Shown here one piece after another: positions 1-10,935 of a stretch of DNA of 32,000 nt. Below the pieces are notes generated by a model that was given only the letters and a program-made list of their open reading frames with translations, had not been told where the DNA came from and ran no database searches. Position 1 is the first letter of the stretch. The number at the start of each line of letters is the position of its first letter. The position numbers and the translations under genes were made by a program. Source of the stretch: Candidatus Saccharimonadota bacterium (lineage in GTDB: Bacteria > Pseudomonadota > Alphaproteobacteria > Rickettsiales > Anaplasmataceae); NCBI GenBank assembly GCA_029715105.1, contig CP085695.1:390001-422000 (forward strand). The letters are read 5' to 3'.

Positions 1-78
1 CAATGAAAGGATTAGCACAGAGAGGTGTTTTCGTATTTATTCAAATTAGTATAATTAGTGGAATTTATTTAAAATAAT

Positions 79-345
79 ATGATAAAAAATGAAAAGTCAA
101 AAACAATTTTTGAGATGGAAGGAGTAGTTACAACTTTATTGCCAGCAGCAGAATTTAGAGTAAGATTACATAATGAATATGAAATAATTTGTCATGTGTC
201 TGGAAAACTTAGAAGAAGCAAGATACGTATTGTTATCGGAGATAGAGTCTTAGTGGAAATGAGCATTTACGATAGGAATGTAAAAAGGGGTAGAATAATC
301 AGGAGGCTTAAAAACATAAGTGATAGAACAACAATCTCTAAATAA
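79..345 (+). CDS. infA: Translation initiation factor IF-1
   Basis: 88-aa ORF with ATG at 79. The S1/OB-fold IF-1 pattern ([57 protein letters not shown]) is collinear with bacterial IF-1. It has a C-terminal tail about 15 aa longer than E. coli IF-1. Confidence 0.93.
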   Translation: MIKNEKSKTIFEMEGVVTTLLPAAEFRVRLHNEYEIICHVSGKLRRSKIRIVIGDRVLVEMSIYDRNVKRGRIIRRLKNISDRTTISK

Positions 346-922
346 TCTTATCCTTGCTTCATCATCAGAAAGACGTATAGCCTTATTAAAGCAAATAAAT
401 ATCAAACCAGGTTTAATTTTACCTGCAAATATAAATGAAATTCCCTTTGAAGGAGAACTTCCAAAAGATTATTCAATCCGTATGGCAAAAAATAAAGCCG
501 AAAAAATACAAAATTATTATCATAGTTATTTTATTCTTAGTGCTGATACAGTTGTCGCCTGTGGTAGAAGAATATTACTCAAGGCCACAAATATTGAGCA
601 AGCAGAAAAATATATTCGTTTATTATCTGGAAGAAGACATAGAGTATATACTAGTATATATCTAATAACTCCTAATCGATTAAAACAACATATCAGAACT
701 GTAGTTACAATAGTAAAATTTAAACGTCTTAGTGAACAGGAAATTAAGTATTATTTAGCATCAGAAAAATGGAAAAATAAAGTAGGAGGTTATAATGTAC
801 AAGATCTTGCTGGAATGTTTATACTATTTATACGTGGTTCTTATTCCTCCATTATAGGATTGCCATTACACGAAACCCATTGTTTATTGAATAACTATTT
901 CAATTTAATTTTGATTAAATAA
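320..922 (+). CDS. maf: Maf-like nucleoside triphosphate pyrophosphatase (septum formation protein Maf family)
   Basis: 200-aa ORF with Maf family motifs [20 protein letters not shown] and GGYNVQD...SSIIGLPL. The only in-frame start before the conserved N-terminus is GTG at 320, which overlaps infA by 26 nt. Confidence 0.85.
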   Translation: MIEQQSLNNLILASSSERRIALLKQINIKPGLILPANINEIPFEGELPKDYSIRMAKNKAEKIQNYYHSYFILSADTVVACGRRILLKATNIEQAEKYIRLLSGRRHRVYTSIYLITPNRLKQHIRTVVTIVKFKRLSEQEIKYYLASEKWKNKVGGYNVQDLAGMFILFIRGSYSSIIGLPLHETHCLLNNYFNLILIK

Positions 923-1349
923 ATGTTTGTTTCTCTCTATTTATTTATAGAGATTCAACTTTTAAGACCTTCGTTTCTGCGTTTGATAGATTTATCAAAG
1001 AAAACAAAAATTTTTCAGATTTATATTTGAACAACTCTTTTTAATCTAATTTATTTATAAAATATTTGACTATTAGATCAATTTCATTGCTTATCATTTT
1101 AAAACCTTAGAAGAGTTTCCTTTTATTTAAAAAATTATGATGTATTTTGAATCTTTTTATTTTATTTTGTGCACTCAAAACTATTTAATATAAATTTACA
1201 ATTTATAGCACTGTAAACTTTTAGTTTCATCTTAATAGTAAAATTTTTGATAAAACACAAAATAAGCTTGTAAAAATTCATGAAAATTTTTTTAATTACA
1301 GATATTATATTGTTGAATTTGCATTCAAATCAATTGATTTAACAATTTA

Positions 1350-2678
1350 TTAATTACCTAATTTTAAATATTTGCTACTAATAGTAAAAATTTCCGAGTT
1401 TCGGTAAGTTAACTTGAGTATAGCGAATATATTAATAAATAATAAAACAGCAATTGAAATATCAGCGATATCCCATAATAACTGAATTTTACCTATTGCA
1501 CCAAATGGAATGGTCATAGTAAAAACTATAATCCAGATTTTAGTATATCTATCATCCATAGATATATAACGTATTGTTTGTTTCGAACAAAAAAACCAAG
1601 TAAAAATAGTAGTAAAAGCAAAGCAAAACATCATAATCATGATTACATAATCAATATAGTGCCAGTTTATACCCTTTCTAAAAGCAAAAATACACATATT
1701 GGTGCTTTCCAAGTCAGTAATCCATGAATCTGTAACAAGTAGTACCATTGTTGTAATAAACACTACAAATACAACTATAAAAGGTGATAAAATTGTAATT
1801 AAACTTTGTTCAATAACAAATTTATTATTCCTCTTAAAGGAAATTGAAGAATATACTATACCTTCAAGTCCAAGTCCTATATCTGTTGCGAATATGCCTC
1901 GTAATGTTCCTACTTGGACAATAGTCAATATCTCAGTAATGGATCCTAGAGATAAACCAAAATTAAAACCATCAGTTGTAATAAAACTACCTATTATTAA
2001 CTTTAAAGAGGGAAGAATATTTTCACTATATTTAAGCAATATAATACTACAAAGTATCAAGTAACTTATCGTCATTATGGGTATCATAGTAGATATAAAG
2101 ATTTTAACTTTTTTTAAACTAAGTGCTGCAACAACAAAGAATATTATAGACATTACGATTCCACCTATAATCACAGGAACATCTATCATATTAAGTGGTA
2201 TTGATAGTGAATTAATTTGAACAAGATTACCAACAGTTATCGAAACTATTACCATAATAATTAAAAATATAATTGTTGCTCCTCTAGAGTTAAATGCATC
2301 AGCCATATAAGTTATTGGACCACCTATGAATTTTTTATTTTTTTTCTTTATATTTTTTATACTTAGATAACAAGTAACATATTTTATTATGGAAGTAATA
2401 ATAACAATTATTGCCATCCATAAAATGGAACCAGGTTCTCCGGCTTTCAGAGCAACAGCAGTTCCAGAAATATTTCCTACTCCTAAATTTCCACCTAGAA
2501 TTATAAATAGTGCAGTTATAGAAGAAAGTTTATTTTCTTTTTTTTTGTTTCTAATAAGCGAAATAGCATATGGAAATCTAAATATTTGTAACCATTTCAA
2601 TTTTATTGACAAATAAATGCTAACAATTAATATTAACAATATTGTTGGTAATAGCAAAACAAATTTTACCGCGCTCAT
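1350..2678 (-). CDS. Alanine/glycine:cation symporter (AGCS family, sodium:alanine symporter)
   Basis: 442-aa polytopic membrane ORF with ATG at 2678. It carries the AGCS-type signature SSITALFIILGGNLGVGNISGTAVALKAGEPGSILWMA (compare the GtGNIaGVA..GGPGA.FWMW consensus). Confidence 0.8.
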   Translation of the reverse strand: MSAVKFVLLLPTILLILIVSIYLSIKLKWLQIFRFPYAISLIRNKKKENKLSSITALFIILGGNLGVGNISGTAVALKAGEPGSILWMAIIVIITSIIKYVTCYLSIKNIKKKNKKFIGGPITYMADAFNSRGATIIFLIIMVIVSITVGNLVQINSLSIPLNMIDVPVIIGGIVMSIIFFVVAALSLKKVKIFISTMIPIMTISYLILCSIILLKYSENILPSLKLIIGSFITTDGFNFGLSLGSITEILTIVQVGTLRGIFATDIGLGLEGIVYSSISFKRNNKFVIEQSLITILSPFIVVFVVFITTMVLLVTDSWITDLESTNMCIFAFRKGINWHYIDYVIMIMMFCFAFTTIFTWFFCSKQTIRYISMDDRYTKIWIIVFTMTIPFGAIGKIQLLWDIADISIAVLLFINIFAILKLTYRNSEIFTISSKYLKLGN

Positions 2679-3370
2679 CTAAAATGATAGGTAAGACTCT
2701 TATCTAAAACTATAATTATATATGCATAAAATATTATATTACTATATTAAAATTTTTTAAAATAAAATACTGAAAAATTTTCTAATAATTATAAAGAGAA
2801 CGTAACTTGTGTTTATTATTAAAATATGCACATAACACCCCATTAAGGAAAAGAGTGCAATAAGCAAGAAAATTATATATAGAAAAAGCTCCACATTTCT
2901 TTCATTATTATGATTTTCTAATATTTTATTTTTAGGTAAAATTTAAAGCCTTATTAATAGAATTAATAAATCACGATTATAATTACTATTTTATAAATTC
3001 GTATTATAGTAATTTTACTATTTAAAATCCATACAAAATATATAAAATTTTATATAAAAAAATTGAAAATTTTTAAACATATATATTAATTGTTGTGAAA
3101 GTATTTGTGTAAATTTTATTTAAATTTTTTTAAAAATAAAAGTAAATACAATTATATATGTCATATATATTCTAAAACAAACGGAATATACCACCATAAA
3201 ACGTAACAGAAATAAACTCAGAGTTTCTATCTTGTTTTATAAACAAAAATATTTACATTTTTATTAAATGTAATAAGTTATAAAGTAAGTTTGTACAAAT
3301 GAAAATTGTTTGCATGTTGTTAAAAAAGCAGTAACTTATTATCAAGTAAATTCACTAATTTGAAATTTGA

Positions 3371-4555
3371 ATGTCGATTGATTCTAGTCCATTAGAGTTA
3401 CCTATATTACATCCGAAAATTACAGTTATTGGAGTAGGTGGTGCTGGTGGAAATGCTGTAAACAACATGATTCAATCCAATCTGCAAGGAGTAGATTTTA
3501 TTGTAGCAAATACTGATGCTCAGGCTTTAGAAAGATCTTTATGCGATAAAAAAATACAATTAGGTATCAATTTAACTAGAGGACTTGGAGCTGGCGCTTT
3601 ACCTGATGTTGGTAAAGGTGCGGCAGAAGAATCAATTGATGAAATTATGGAACATATAAAAAATAGTCATATGCTTTTTATCACGGCGGGAATGGGTGGT
3701 GGAACTGGTACTGGCGCAGCTCCAGTAATTGCAAAGGCAGCAAGAGAAGCAAGAGCTGCAGTAAAAGATAAATCTCTAAAAGAAAAAAAAATATTGACTG
3801 TTGGAGTTGTAACTAAACCATTTACTTTTGAAGGCATACATCGCATGCGCATTGCAGAACTTGGACTTGAAGAATTACAAAAGTATGTTGATACCCTTAT
3901 TGTTATTCCAAATCAAAACTTATTTAGAATTGCAAATGAAAAAACCACATTTTCTGATGCATTTAAACTTGCTGACAATGTTCTGTATATAGGCATTAGA
4001 GGAGTAACTGATTTAATGGTTATGCCTGGACTTATTAATCTTGATTTTGCTGATATAGAAACAGTAATGAGCGAAATGGGTAAAGCAATGATTGGTACTG
4101 GAGAAGCAGAAGGAGAAGACAGGGCAATCAGTGCTGCAGAAAGTGCAATATCTAATCCATTATTAGATAATGTATCGATGAAAGGCGCTCAAGGAATATT
4201 AATTAATATTACGGGTGGAGGAGATATGACTCTATTTGAAGTCGATGCTGCAGCTAATAGAGTACGCGAAGAAGTAGATGAAAACGCGAATATAATATTC
4301 GGTGCCACCTTTGATTTAGCAATGGAAGGAAAAGTCAGGGTTTCTGTTCTCGCAACTGGTATTGATAGTAATACTATTTGTAGTAACAAATCAGAAACTT
4401 CTGTTAAAGGTGATACTTTAAAAAAGAATTTTAAGTGGCCTTATAATTGGCAAACTTCTACATTAGAAACAAAACAAATTGAGCAAGTGAATAAAATGGT
4501 TAAGCGCAGCAATAATATTTATGATATACCAGCCTATTTAAGGAGAAAAAAATAA
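3371..4555 (+). CDS. ftsZ: Cell division GTPase FtsZ
   Basis: 394 aa with [13 protein letters not shown], the tubulin signature [13 protein letters not shown], and the conserved C-terminal FtsA/ZipA-binding peptide [10 protein letters not shown] after a linker of about 55 aa. Confidence 0.97.
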   Translation: MSIDSSPLELPILHPKITVIGVGGAGGNAVNNMIQSNLQGVDFIVANTDAQALERSLCDKKIQLGINLTRGLGAGALPDVGKGAAEESIDEIMEHIKNSHMLFITAGMGGGTGTGAAPVIAKAAREARAAVKDKSLKEKKILTVGVVTKPFTFEGIHRMRIAELGLEELQKYVDTLIVIPNQNLFRIANEKTTFSDAFKLADNVLYIGIRGVTDLMVMPGLINLDFADIETVMSEMGKAMIGTGEAEGEDRAISAAESAISNPLLDNVSMKGAQGILINITGGGDMTLFEVDAAANRVREEVDENANIIFGATFDLAMEGKVRVSVLATGIDSNTICSNKSETSVKGDTLKKNFKWPYNWQTSTLETKQIEQVNKMVKRSNNIYDIPAYLRRKK

Positions 4556-4601
4556 CAAAATTTTAATTATTTAAAACCGAAAAATAAAATGAACGAATTC
4601 C

Positions 4602-5051
4602 ATGTTAGAAATGAATATTTTAGATAAGAGATGGTTTAATATCATAAAGGATCCAAATAGCTTTGTATTGTCTATTATATATAATGCCCTAAAAGAATTA
4701 AAGATAGAACATTATGAACCAAACATATCAATAGCTCTCGCAGATGATGATTTATTATATAGGCTTAATTTAAGATTTAGAAATATAAGTAAACCTACTA
4801 ATGTATTATCATTTCAGTGCGAACAATTATCAAACAAATGCGATTTAGGGGATATAGCAGTGTCGATAGATACAATACAAAAAGAGTCAAATATGTATAA
4901 CTTGCCTATCTTAACTCATGTTATGCACATGTTGGTGCACGGATTATTGCATTTACTTGGTTATAACCATCAGAACAAAAAAGAAGAGATCATAATGAAA
5001 AATTTAGAAATAAAAATTTTAGCTTCACTTAGTGAATATGCTATACAATAA
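4602..5051 (+). CDS. ybeY: rRNA maturation endoribonuclease YbeY
   Basis: 149 aa with the zinc-binding motif [18 protein letters not shown] (H..H.....H). It lies 46 bp downstream of ftsZ on the same strand. Confidence 0.9.
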   Translation: MLEMNILDKRWFNIIKDPNSFVLSIIYNALKELKIEHYEPNISIALADDDLLYRLNLRFRNISKPTNVLSFQCEQLSNKCDLGDIAVSIDTIQKESNMYNLPILTHVMHMLVHGLLHLLGYNHQNKKEEIIMKNLEIKILASLSEYAIQ

Positions 5052-5152
5052 ATATAAATAAAATATAATAAAATGTTAATTATAAGTGGAAATCATCTCC
5101 AATACAGAAATACTTTTAATTGCGTTGTAATATTAAAGATAAGAGTGTAATA

Positions 5153-5944
5153 ATGGTGCAGTTTTTTTTACCAAAAAATTCTAAAGTTAATAAGAAAGGC
5201 AAGATTTATCCCGCTCCTATTAAAGCAAAAAATATTAAAAGATTTGAAATTTATCGTTGGTCTATTGATAATAAAAAAAATCCTAGAATAGATATATTTT
5301 TTATTGATATAGATAATTGTGGTCCCATGGTACTTGATGCATTAATAAAAATCAAAGATGAAATAGATTCAACTCTAACTTTTAGGCGTTCTTGTAGAGA
5401 AGGAGTATGTGGATCTTGTGCTATGAATATTAATGGAACCAATACTCTTGCTTGTATTAAACCTATATCAGATATAAACGACAATATAAAAATATATCCA
5501 TTACCGCATATGTATGTGATAAAAGATTTAGTTTCAGATCTAAGTAAATTTTATGAACAATACAAATCAATTAATCCCTGGCTACAGGCAGATAAACCTA
5601 ATTTGCCTAATCGAGAATATTTACAATCTTGTGATGATAGAAAGAAATTAAATGGACTTTTTGATTGTATATTATGTGCTTGTTGTTCGGCTGGTTGTCC
5701 GAGTTATTGGTGGAATAGTGATAAATTTTTAGGACCAGCAATACTTCTGCAAGTTTACAGATGGATTGTTGATAGTCGCGATAAAAAAACAAATGAAAGA
5801 CTTGATGCATTAAACGATGCATTTAAATTATATCGTTGTCATTCAATAATGAATTGTACAAAAACTTGTCCTAAAGGACTCAATCCAGCAAAAGCAATAA
5901 TAAAACTAAAGCAACTTATGATAAGTAAAGGGAATTTTTTTTAA
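5153..5944 (+). CDS. sdhB: Succinate dehydrogenase iron-sulfur subunit
   Basis: It has three Cys clusters: [21 protein letters not shown] (2Fe-2S), [17 protein letters not shown] (4Fe-4S) and [17 protein letters not shown] (3Fe-4S). I prefer ATG at 5153 ([10 protein letters not shown]...) over the TTG at 5120 used by the ORF track. Confidence 0.93.
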   Translation: MVQFFLPKNSKVNKKGKIYPAPIKAKNIKRFEIYRWSIDNKKNPRIDIFFIDIDNCGPMVLDALIKIKDEIDSTLTFRRSCREGVCGSCAMNINGTNTLACIKPISDINDNIKIYPLPHMYVIKDLVSDLSKFYEQYKSINPWLQADKPNLPNREYLQSCDDRKKLNGLFDCILCACCSAGCPSYWWNSDKFLGPAILLQVYRWIVDSRDKKTNERLDALNDAFKLYRCHSIMNCTKTCPKGLNPAKAIIKLKQLMISKGNFF

Positions 5945-6246
5945 ACTATCCCTGAATTTTTTATAAAAAATTATAAAAAGTAACAATAATATAAATCCAA
6001 CTCTTAAAATGTATACTTATGCTCTATCATTAAGACTAGATTCTAGTAAAATTTAATATACTAATTAAATTAGTAAGCCTTTCGAGACATTAATAGATTT
6101 TTATTCAAGATTTTTATTTTGAAATATCTCCTATTGACTTTCGTATTAATCAATTTTTATATAATGAGAATAATATCGTTATTAATTTAATTATTGTTAT
6201 CCCTCTTATTCAAAATTTGGTACAAACTTGAATTAATAAATAATTA

Positions 6247-6735
6247 TTACTTTATGAATACAGAGGATGATAGTAAATAATAAAACGTTCTTATAAATGT
6301 GCAGGCTAAAACAGCAGCCACGATATCATCTAACATAATACCAAGAGAACCACCGATATTTTTATTGATCAAATTTACAGGCCAAATTTTAACTACATCA
6401 AAAAACCTAAAAGAAAAAAAACATAATACTAATAAAGGATAATCTACTGTTTGACCTAAAAAATCTGATATTAAAAATATTGTCAATAATTGGCCAACGA
6501 CTTCGTCAATTACTACTTCTTTTGGATCGGACAAAGTTTGATAATATTTTATATAATTATTTGTAGACCAAAGTCCTAGTAAAAGTAAAAATAATATAAT
6601 TATCGCACCTAAAACCTTATTATATAATATTAAAGGAACAATTGGATAAGCAGCTAAACTACCTACAGTACCTGGTATTTTTTTTATTAAACCAAATGCC
6701 CACCATGTGGATATTAATTTATATAAAAATTTCAT
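6247..6735 (-). CDS. pgpA: Phosphatidylglycerophosphatase A
   Basis: 162-aa membrane protein with the PgpA-type motifs GTVGSLAAYPI and LDDIVAAVLA. It lies 31 bp downstream of gpsA on the same strand. Confidence 0.85.
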   Translation of the reverse strand: MKFLYKLISTWWAFGLIKKIPGTVGSLAAYPIVPLILYNKVLGAIIILFLLLLGLWSTNNYIKYYQTLSDPKEVVIDEVVGQLLTIFLISDFLGQTVDYPLLVLCFFSFRFFDVVKIWPVNLINKNIGGSLGIMLDDIVAAVLACTFIRTFYYLLSSSVFIK

Positions 6736-6766
6736 AATAAATTATCACTCTAAAAACTATAAATCC

Positions 6767-7744
6767 TTAATTTATAAGAGAAGAAATAGTATCATCTATG
6801 GATGCACGCTTATATAATAACTTATACATTGCTTCACATATAGGCATTTTTATATTTAATTCTTTTGCTAAAGCGAATATGGATTGAGTAGTAGTAAAAC
6901 CTTCAGTAACTGATCTACTTTTTGATAAAATTTGCTCAATATTAGAATTATTATCACCTATTTTAAATCCAAAAGATAAATTTCTCGAATTCAAAGATGT
7001 ACATGTCATGACAAGATCACCCAAACATGCTGGTCCAAGGAGTGTATCTGTATTTATATTGAAGTTACCAGTTTTTGCTAAATATAAGGCTTTTATTTCA
7101 TTCATGCCATTTGCTATTAACGCTGCATGAGCACTACATCCAAGTTTTTTACTTAAAATGATTCCACATGCTATAGCAAAAACATTCTTTAATGCTGCAC
7201 AAATTTGCACCATCATAATATCAATACTTAAATATAATTTAACATTTTTCTGCTGAAGCTCTGATATAAGTCTTAAACCTAACATATTATCTTGGCATGC
7301 AAGAAGCATCGAATATGGTAACTTTTTTGCAACTTCTATGGCAAAACTTGGACCTGAGAAAATAGCAACTTGATTATTAGGTAAAATTTCGTTTACTATT
7401 TCGCTAGGTAATTTTAGAGTAAATTTCTCTATTCCCTTACAAGCTAAAATTATTACAATTTCTTTTTTTAAATTACAACTACGTAATTTATAACATACCT
7501 CCCTTATAGATTGAGTAGGAATTGCAAGGATTATTGCAGAAGTATTAATTGCTTCTTCAAGGGCTAATTTCACTAACACGTTATCTGGAATTTTATAACC
7601 AAGTAATTTATCACTTTCTCTTATTCTGTTAATTGATTCAAAAGTAGTTTTATTACGAGTCCATAAAACTATATTTTGTTTATTGCTTAATGAAATTGCA
7701 ATTGCTGTACCCCATGCACCAGCACCTAATATTGATATATTCAC
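6767..7744 (-). CDS. gpsA: NAD(P)H-dependent glycerol-3-phosphate dehydrogenase
   Basis: 325 aa with an N-terminal Rossmann motif ILGAGAWGTAIA, plus GPSFAIEVA and KNVFAIACGI. The start is GTG at 7744. Confidence 0.93.
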   Translation of the reverse strand: MNISILGAGAWGTAIAISLSNKQNIVLWTRNKTTFESINRIRESDKLLGYKIPDNVLVKLALEEAINTSAIILAIPTQSIREVCYKLRSCNLKKEIVIILACKGIEKFTLKLPSEIVNEILPNNQVAIFSGPSFAIEVAKKLPYSMLLACQDNMLGLRLISELQQKNVKLYLSIDIMMVQICAALKNVFAIACGIILSKKLGCSAHAALIANGMNEIKALYLAKTGNFNINTDTLLGPACLGDLVMTCTSLNSRNLSFGFKIGDNNSNIEQILSKSRSVTEGFTTTQSIFALAKELNIKMPICEAMYKLLYKRASIDDTISSLIN

Positions 7745-8711
7745 GAAATATCCCTATAAATAATATTTTTATACTTTAAAACAAAAAGATAAATAAAAAT
7801 AAAATTTAACATATATATTTTAAATATATTTCAAGATTTATTTTAATAAAATACTCATAAAATGATAAATAACATTTATAAAAATAATGTCAAATATGAG
7901 ATTTATATATTTTTATGATTATTTTCTATAATAAATTTTAGAATTTTAAAAATACCATTATTATATAATATTAATATAGTTGCAACATGGCTACTTTTAC
8001 CTTGTGCTTTTAACTTAGAGCATGATCGAATAAATATAATAAACATCCCTATTTTGATTCGTAATATTATAACTTCTGTAAAAATTTCCCAAATCATAAT
8101 ATGATTTTAATCAAGGCATATTATTAGAATAATTTTTGTTAAAAATTTAGAAAGCATATAAAATTAAAAGTTCTTAATTTTGACTATGCTTCAATGCATA
8201 TCAAAATAATTATCAAAATTAAAAAATTAAACATGATTACTAACTAAATCAGTTCAAGATATTAAGTTATTTTCTTCAGTAAAAAGTATAAATATTCGCA
8301 CTAATAGTTAGAAATAATAAAAATTGATTGTGAGGAATTACAAAATAAACTATGTGTCTACTTAGACAAGAAAGAAAATATACTAATAAGTATAATTATT
8401 AGTTCTTCCAAGGAGGGATAAAAAGAAATAATAATCCAATCATCTCCCCCTCTCTTTTAAACGTTACTATAACGATTCAAATTACAGGAAAACTAAAATA
8501 GTTAATGCCTTTATATGTAAAATTTGTATATATATAATCATATACAAAATCTTGTTGGAATAGATGATTCTCTCTTAAAGAGAAAAGAAACACAGCAAAA
8601 TATTTTAATTTTCTAATTTAACATTAATGGTGTAAAACCTATATATATAAAAATACTTTGTAAATATTTAATTAAGATAAAATCACAATCTGATTGTCTT
8701 ATGAACCACTG

Positions 8712-9068
8712 TGAGGTGAAGTATAAGCCGGGTTCTGTTTATGTAGCTATTTATCTAGAGTAAACATTACATATTTACTGCTTGCGATTTACCCGAATAG
8801 AGAACTATGAGGAAAACATAAAATCTATTCTTATTCAATCTTGCTCCTAGTGTTGGTTACTCGACTGCCAATGTTACCATTGCCACGGTATGCTTTTACC
8901 ACACCTTTTCACCCTTACCTAAAAACTTTTAGGCGGTAATTTTCTGTAGCCCTATAACTAAAGTTACCCTCGGCGGGTGTTACCCGTCACTATCTTTCCT
9001 TGGAGCCCGGACTTTCCTCTGTTATAAATCTTTTTATTTATTAAACAGCAGCTACTTACTTCACCTAA
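8712..9068 (-). ncRNA. rnpB: RNase P RNA, bacterial type A
   Basis: The minus strand reads ...ACAGAGGAAAGUCCGGGCUCCA..., GGUAAGGGUGAAAAGGUGUGGUAAAAGCAUACCG, GGAGCAAG and ...CUAGAUAAAUAGCUACAUAAACAGAACCCGGCUUAUACUUCACCU. This is collinear with the universally conserved regions of E. coli M1 RNA. The 5' AGGUGAAGU (9066-9058) pairs perfectly with the 3' ACUUCACCU (8722-8714) to form P1. The ends are approximate to a few nt. Confidence 0.9.
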
Positions 9069-9078
9069 GAGAGACCTC

Positions 9079-9106
9079 CTTATACTTTGTAACATAAAAA
9101 CTGTAA
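9079..9106 (-). promoter_or_regulatory. Candidate sigma70-type promoter for rnpB
   Basis: The minus strand reads TTACAG (9106-9101), a 16-nt spacer, then TATAAG (9084-9079), about 12 nt upstream of the P1 5' strand. Such hexamers are common by chance in AT-rich DNA. Confidence 0.25.
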
Positions 9107-9392
9107 AAAGTAAATTATTAAATATTATAAATATTAAAATAAAATATCTTAGATCCTAATACCACTAAACGGTAATTATCAAATTAGCCAAATTGCAAAT
9201 TTATGAATATGTTAAAGTAGTTTTATATTAATTTACTTACATTCAGATATTGAGTTTATAAAATTTTTGTTCAATATAAATTTCTTTGACAACTAAAAAT
9301 AGTACCAATAAAGTAATTAAAAATTATAGATTTAACTTTCAAGTTATTTAAGATTTCGCTTGTAATTATTATTACAAAATAGATACAAACAA

Positions 9393-10904
9393 CTAAAATA
9401 ATTTGATAGCCAAAAAAAATAATATAAAAGTACATATTGTAGTAACAACTAGTGGTAAAACTAAGAAAATTGATATCCTCTTATTAAAAGGAAAATTCCT
9501 AGAAGGTTTCGAAAAAAAAGCAACATAAATTATTGGCAAAAAACACATAGCATTTAATATAGTATTTATTATTAATATAAAAGCAATAAATACGAAAAGT
9601 ATTATATTTCCAGTATTAAAAACAGCTTGAAAAATAAAAAACTTTCCCCAGAAAGTTGGAGCAGGTGGGATTCCTATCATGGATAGTGCACCTATGGTAA
9701 ATGCAAACATAGTAACTGGCATACTACGTCCTATACCATGAATTCTATTTACATATTTTTCACCTGTTTTTGTTATTATATTACCCGCAACAAAAAACAA
9801 GGTTATTTTTTCAAATGAGTGACAGACCAATTGAAAAACCGCAACCTTTATACTAAGATCACTAAAAATTGAAGCAAATAGTATAATATATGATAATTGA
9901 GAAATAGTAGAATAAGCTAACAATTTCTTTAATTCTTTTTGCCCAAGCGCAATAAGTGAAGCAATAATGACAGTAAATCCCGTAAGATATGGAAGCCATC
10001 CTCCAGGAAGCCAACTTTGCTGTACAAGGCACTGTAAATTATTGGTTCCGAAAATATACAATATAGCTTTTATAATGATAAAAACCCCAGATTTTACGAC
10101 AGCAACAGCATGCAATAAAGCACTTACTGGAGTTGGTGCGATCATTACTTTTGGCAACCAAAAATGTATTGGCATTAAAGCAGTCTTACCTACTCCATAA
10201 ATTAACATAATAAAACATATCGAAGTAAAAATGAGCGAAGTATTATATTTAAATATTCCATTACTTATAAAATCTAGAGTATGAAATTCACTATATAAAA
10301 ATCCAAGGAGAGGAAAAAATAATGTTAAAGAAGAAAAAAATAATGTACCAAAATAATAACGTCCAGCTATCATTGATTCGTTTGTTGCATTGTATGTAAC
10401 AAGAGGATAGGTAGTTATAGTTAAAAGCTCATAGAAAATAAACGTAGTAAATAAATCACCAGAAAAGGCAATAAATATGACACAACTAATTGTTGCTAAA
10501 ATAAAACATAGAAAATTTGAATAATTATTACTCGAATAATTTTTTTTCATGTAAAACACTGTATATATACTAGTTAATGTCCATAAAAACGATATTAATA
10601 AACTAAATATGACTCCAATAAATTCTAGTTTTAAACTAATATGTAAATTATTTCCGAAATCTATAAGGATGAATTGAGAATAGTCACTATATGTCCAACA
10701 TAAAGTGCAGAAACAAACATATATAAATAAAAGTATAGAAGAAATAATAGTTATTATGCTAGTCAGTCTAGAGTATTTTCTAACAAAAAAAATAATTGTA
10801 GCGCTAAAAGCTGGAATTAACGCAGTAATTAATAGGTAATTTTCGGTAATAAAAAATGGCATAGAAAAAAATGTTAGAATATACTCTATTAATAAATAAT
10901 TCAT
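9393..10904 (-). CDS. Proton-conducting membrane transporter subunit, MrpD/MnhD-NuoN/M family (monovalent cation/H+ antiporter subunit D-like)
   Basis: 503-aa polytopic ORF with the antiporter-like subunit signatures FYELLTITTYPLV and GKTALMPIHFWLPKVMIAPTPVSALLHAVAVVKSGVF. No other mrp or nuo genes are adjacent. Confidence 0.8.
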   Translation of the reverse strand: MNYLLIEYILTFFSMPFFITENYLLITALIPAFSATIIFFVRKYSRLTSIITIISSILLFIYVCFCTLCWTYSDYSQFILIDFGNNLHISLKLEFIGVIFSLLISFLWTLTSIYTVFYMKKNYSSNNYSNFLCFILATISCVIFIAFSGDLFTTFIFYELLTITTYPLVTYNATNESMIAGRYYFGTLFFSSLTLFFPLLGFLYSEFHTLDFISNGIFKYNTSLIFTSICFIMLIYGVGKTALMPIHFWLPKVMIAPTPVSALLHAVAVVKSGVFIIIKAILYIFGTNNLQCLVQQSWLPGGWLPYLTGFTVIIASLIALGQKELKKLLAYSTISQLSYIILFASIFSDLSIKVAVFQLVCHSFEKITLFFVAGNIITKTGEKYVNRIHGIGRSMPVTMFAFTIGALSMIGIPPAPTFWGKFFIFQAVFNTGNIILFVFIAFILIINTILNAMCFLPIIYVAFFSKPSRNFPFNKRISIFLVLPLVVTTICTFILFFLAIKLF

Positions 10905-10935
10905 TTTACTTGAATAAAATTTGGATTATATTCAG

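Noticed and set aside
934-953. The hairpin TCTCTAT-TTATTT-ATAGAGA just after the maf stop, and the palindromes TTGAAT-TTGC-ATTCAA / AAATCAATTGATTT (about 1311-1340) after the symporter stop.
   Set aside because: These are short AT-only stems without adjacent U tracts. Such inverted repeats are frequent by chance at this composition, so they are too weak to call as terminators.
1699-2616. ORFs of 121 aa (1699-2064) and 75 aa (2389-2616) antisense to the AGCS symporter.
   Set aside because: These are shadow ORFs inside a well-supported membrane transporter gene, with no independent start context or motifs.
7903-8097. A 64-aa ORF on the minus strand in the gpsA-rnpB spacer, in a slightly G+C-richer patch.
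   Set aside because: It has no SD-like sequence and no recognisable motif, and its composition is typical of random AT-rich translation (I/F/K/N rich). It could be a gene relic, but I cannot support a CDS call.
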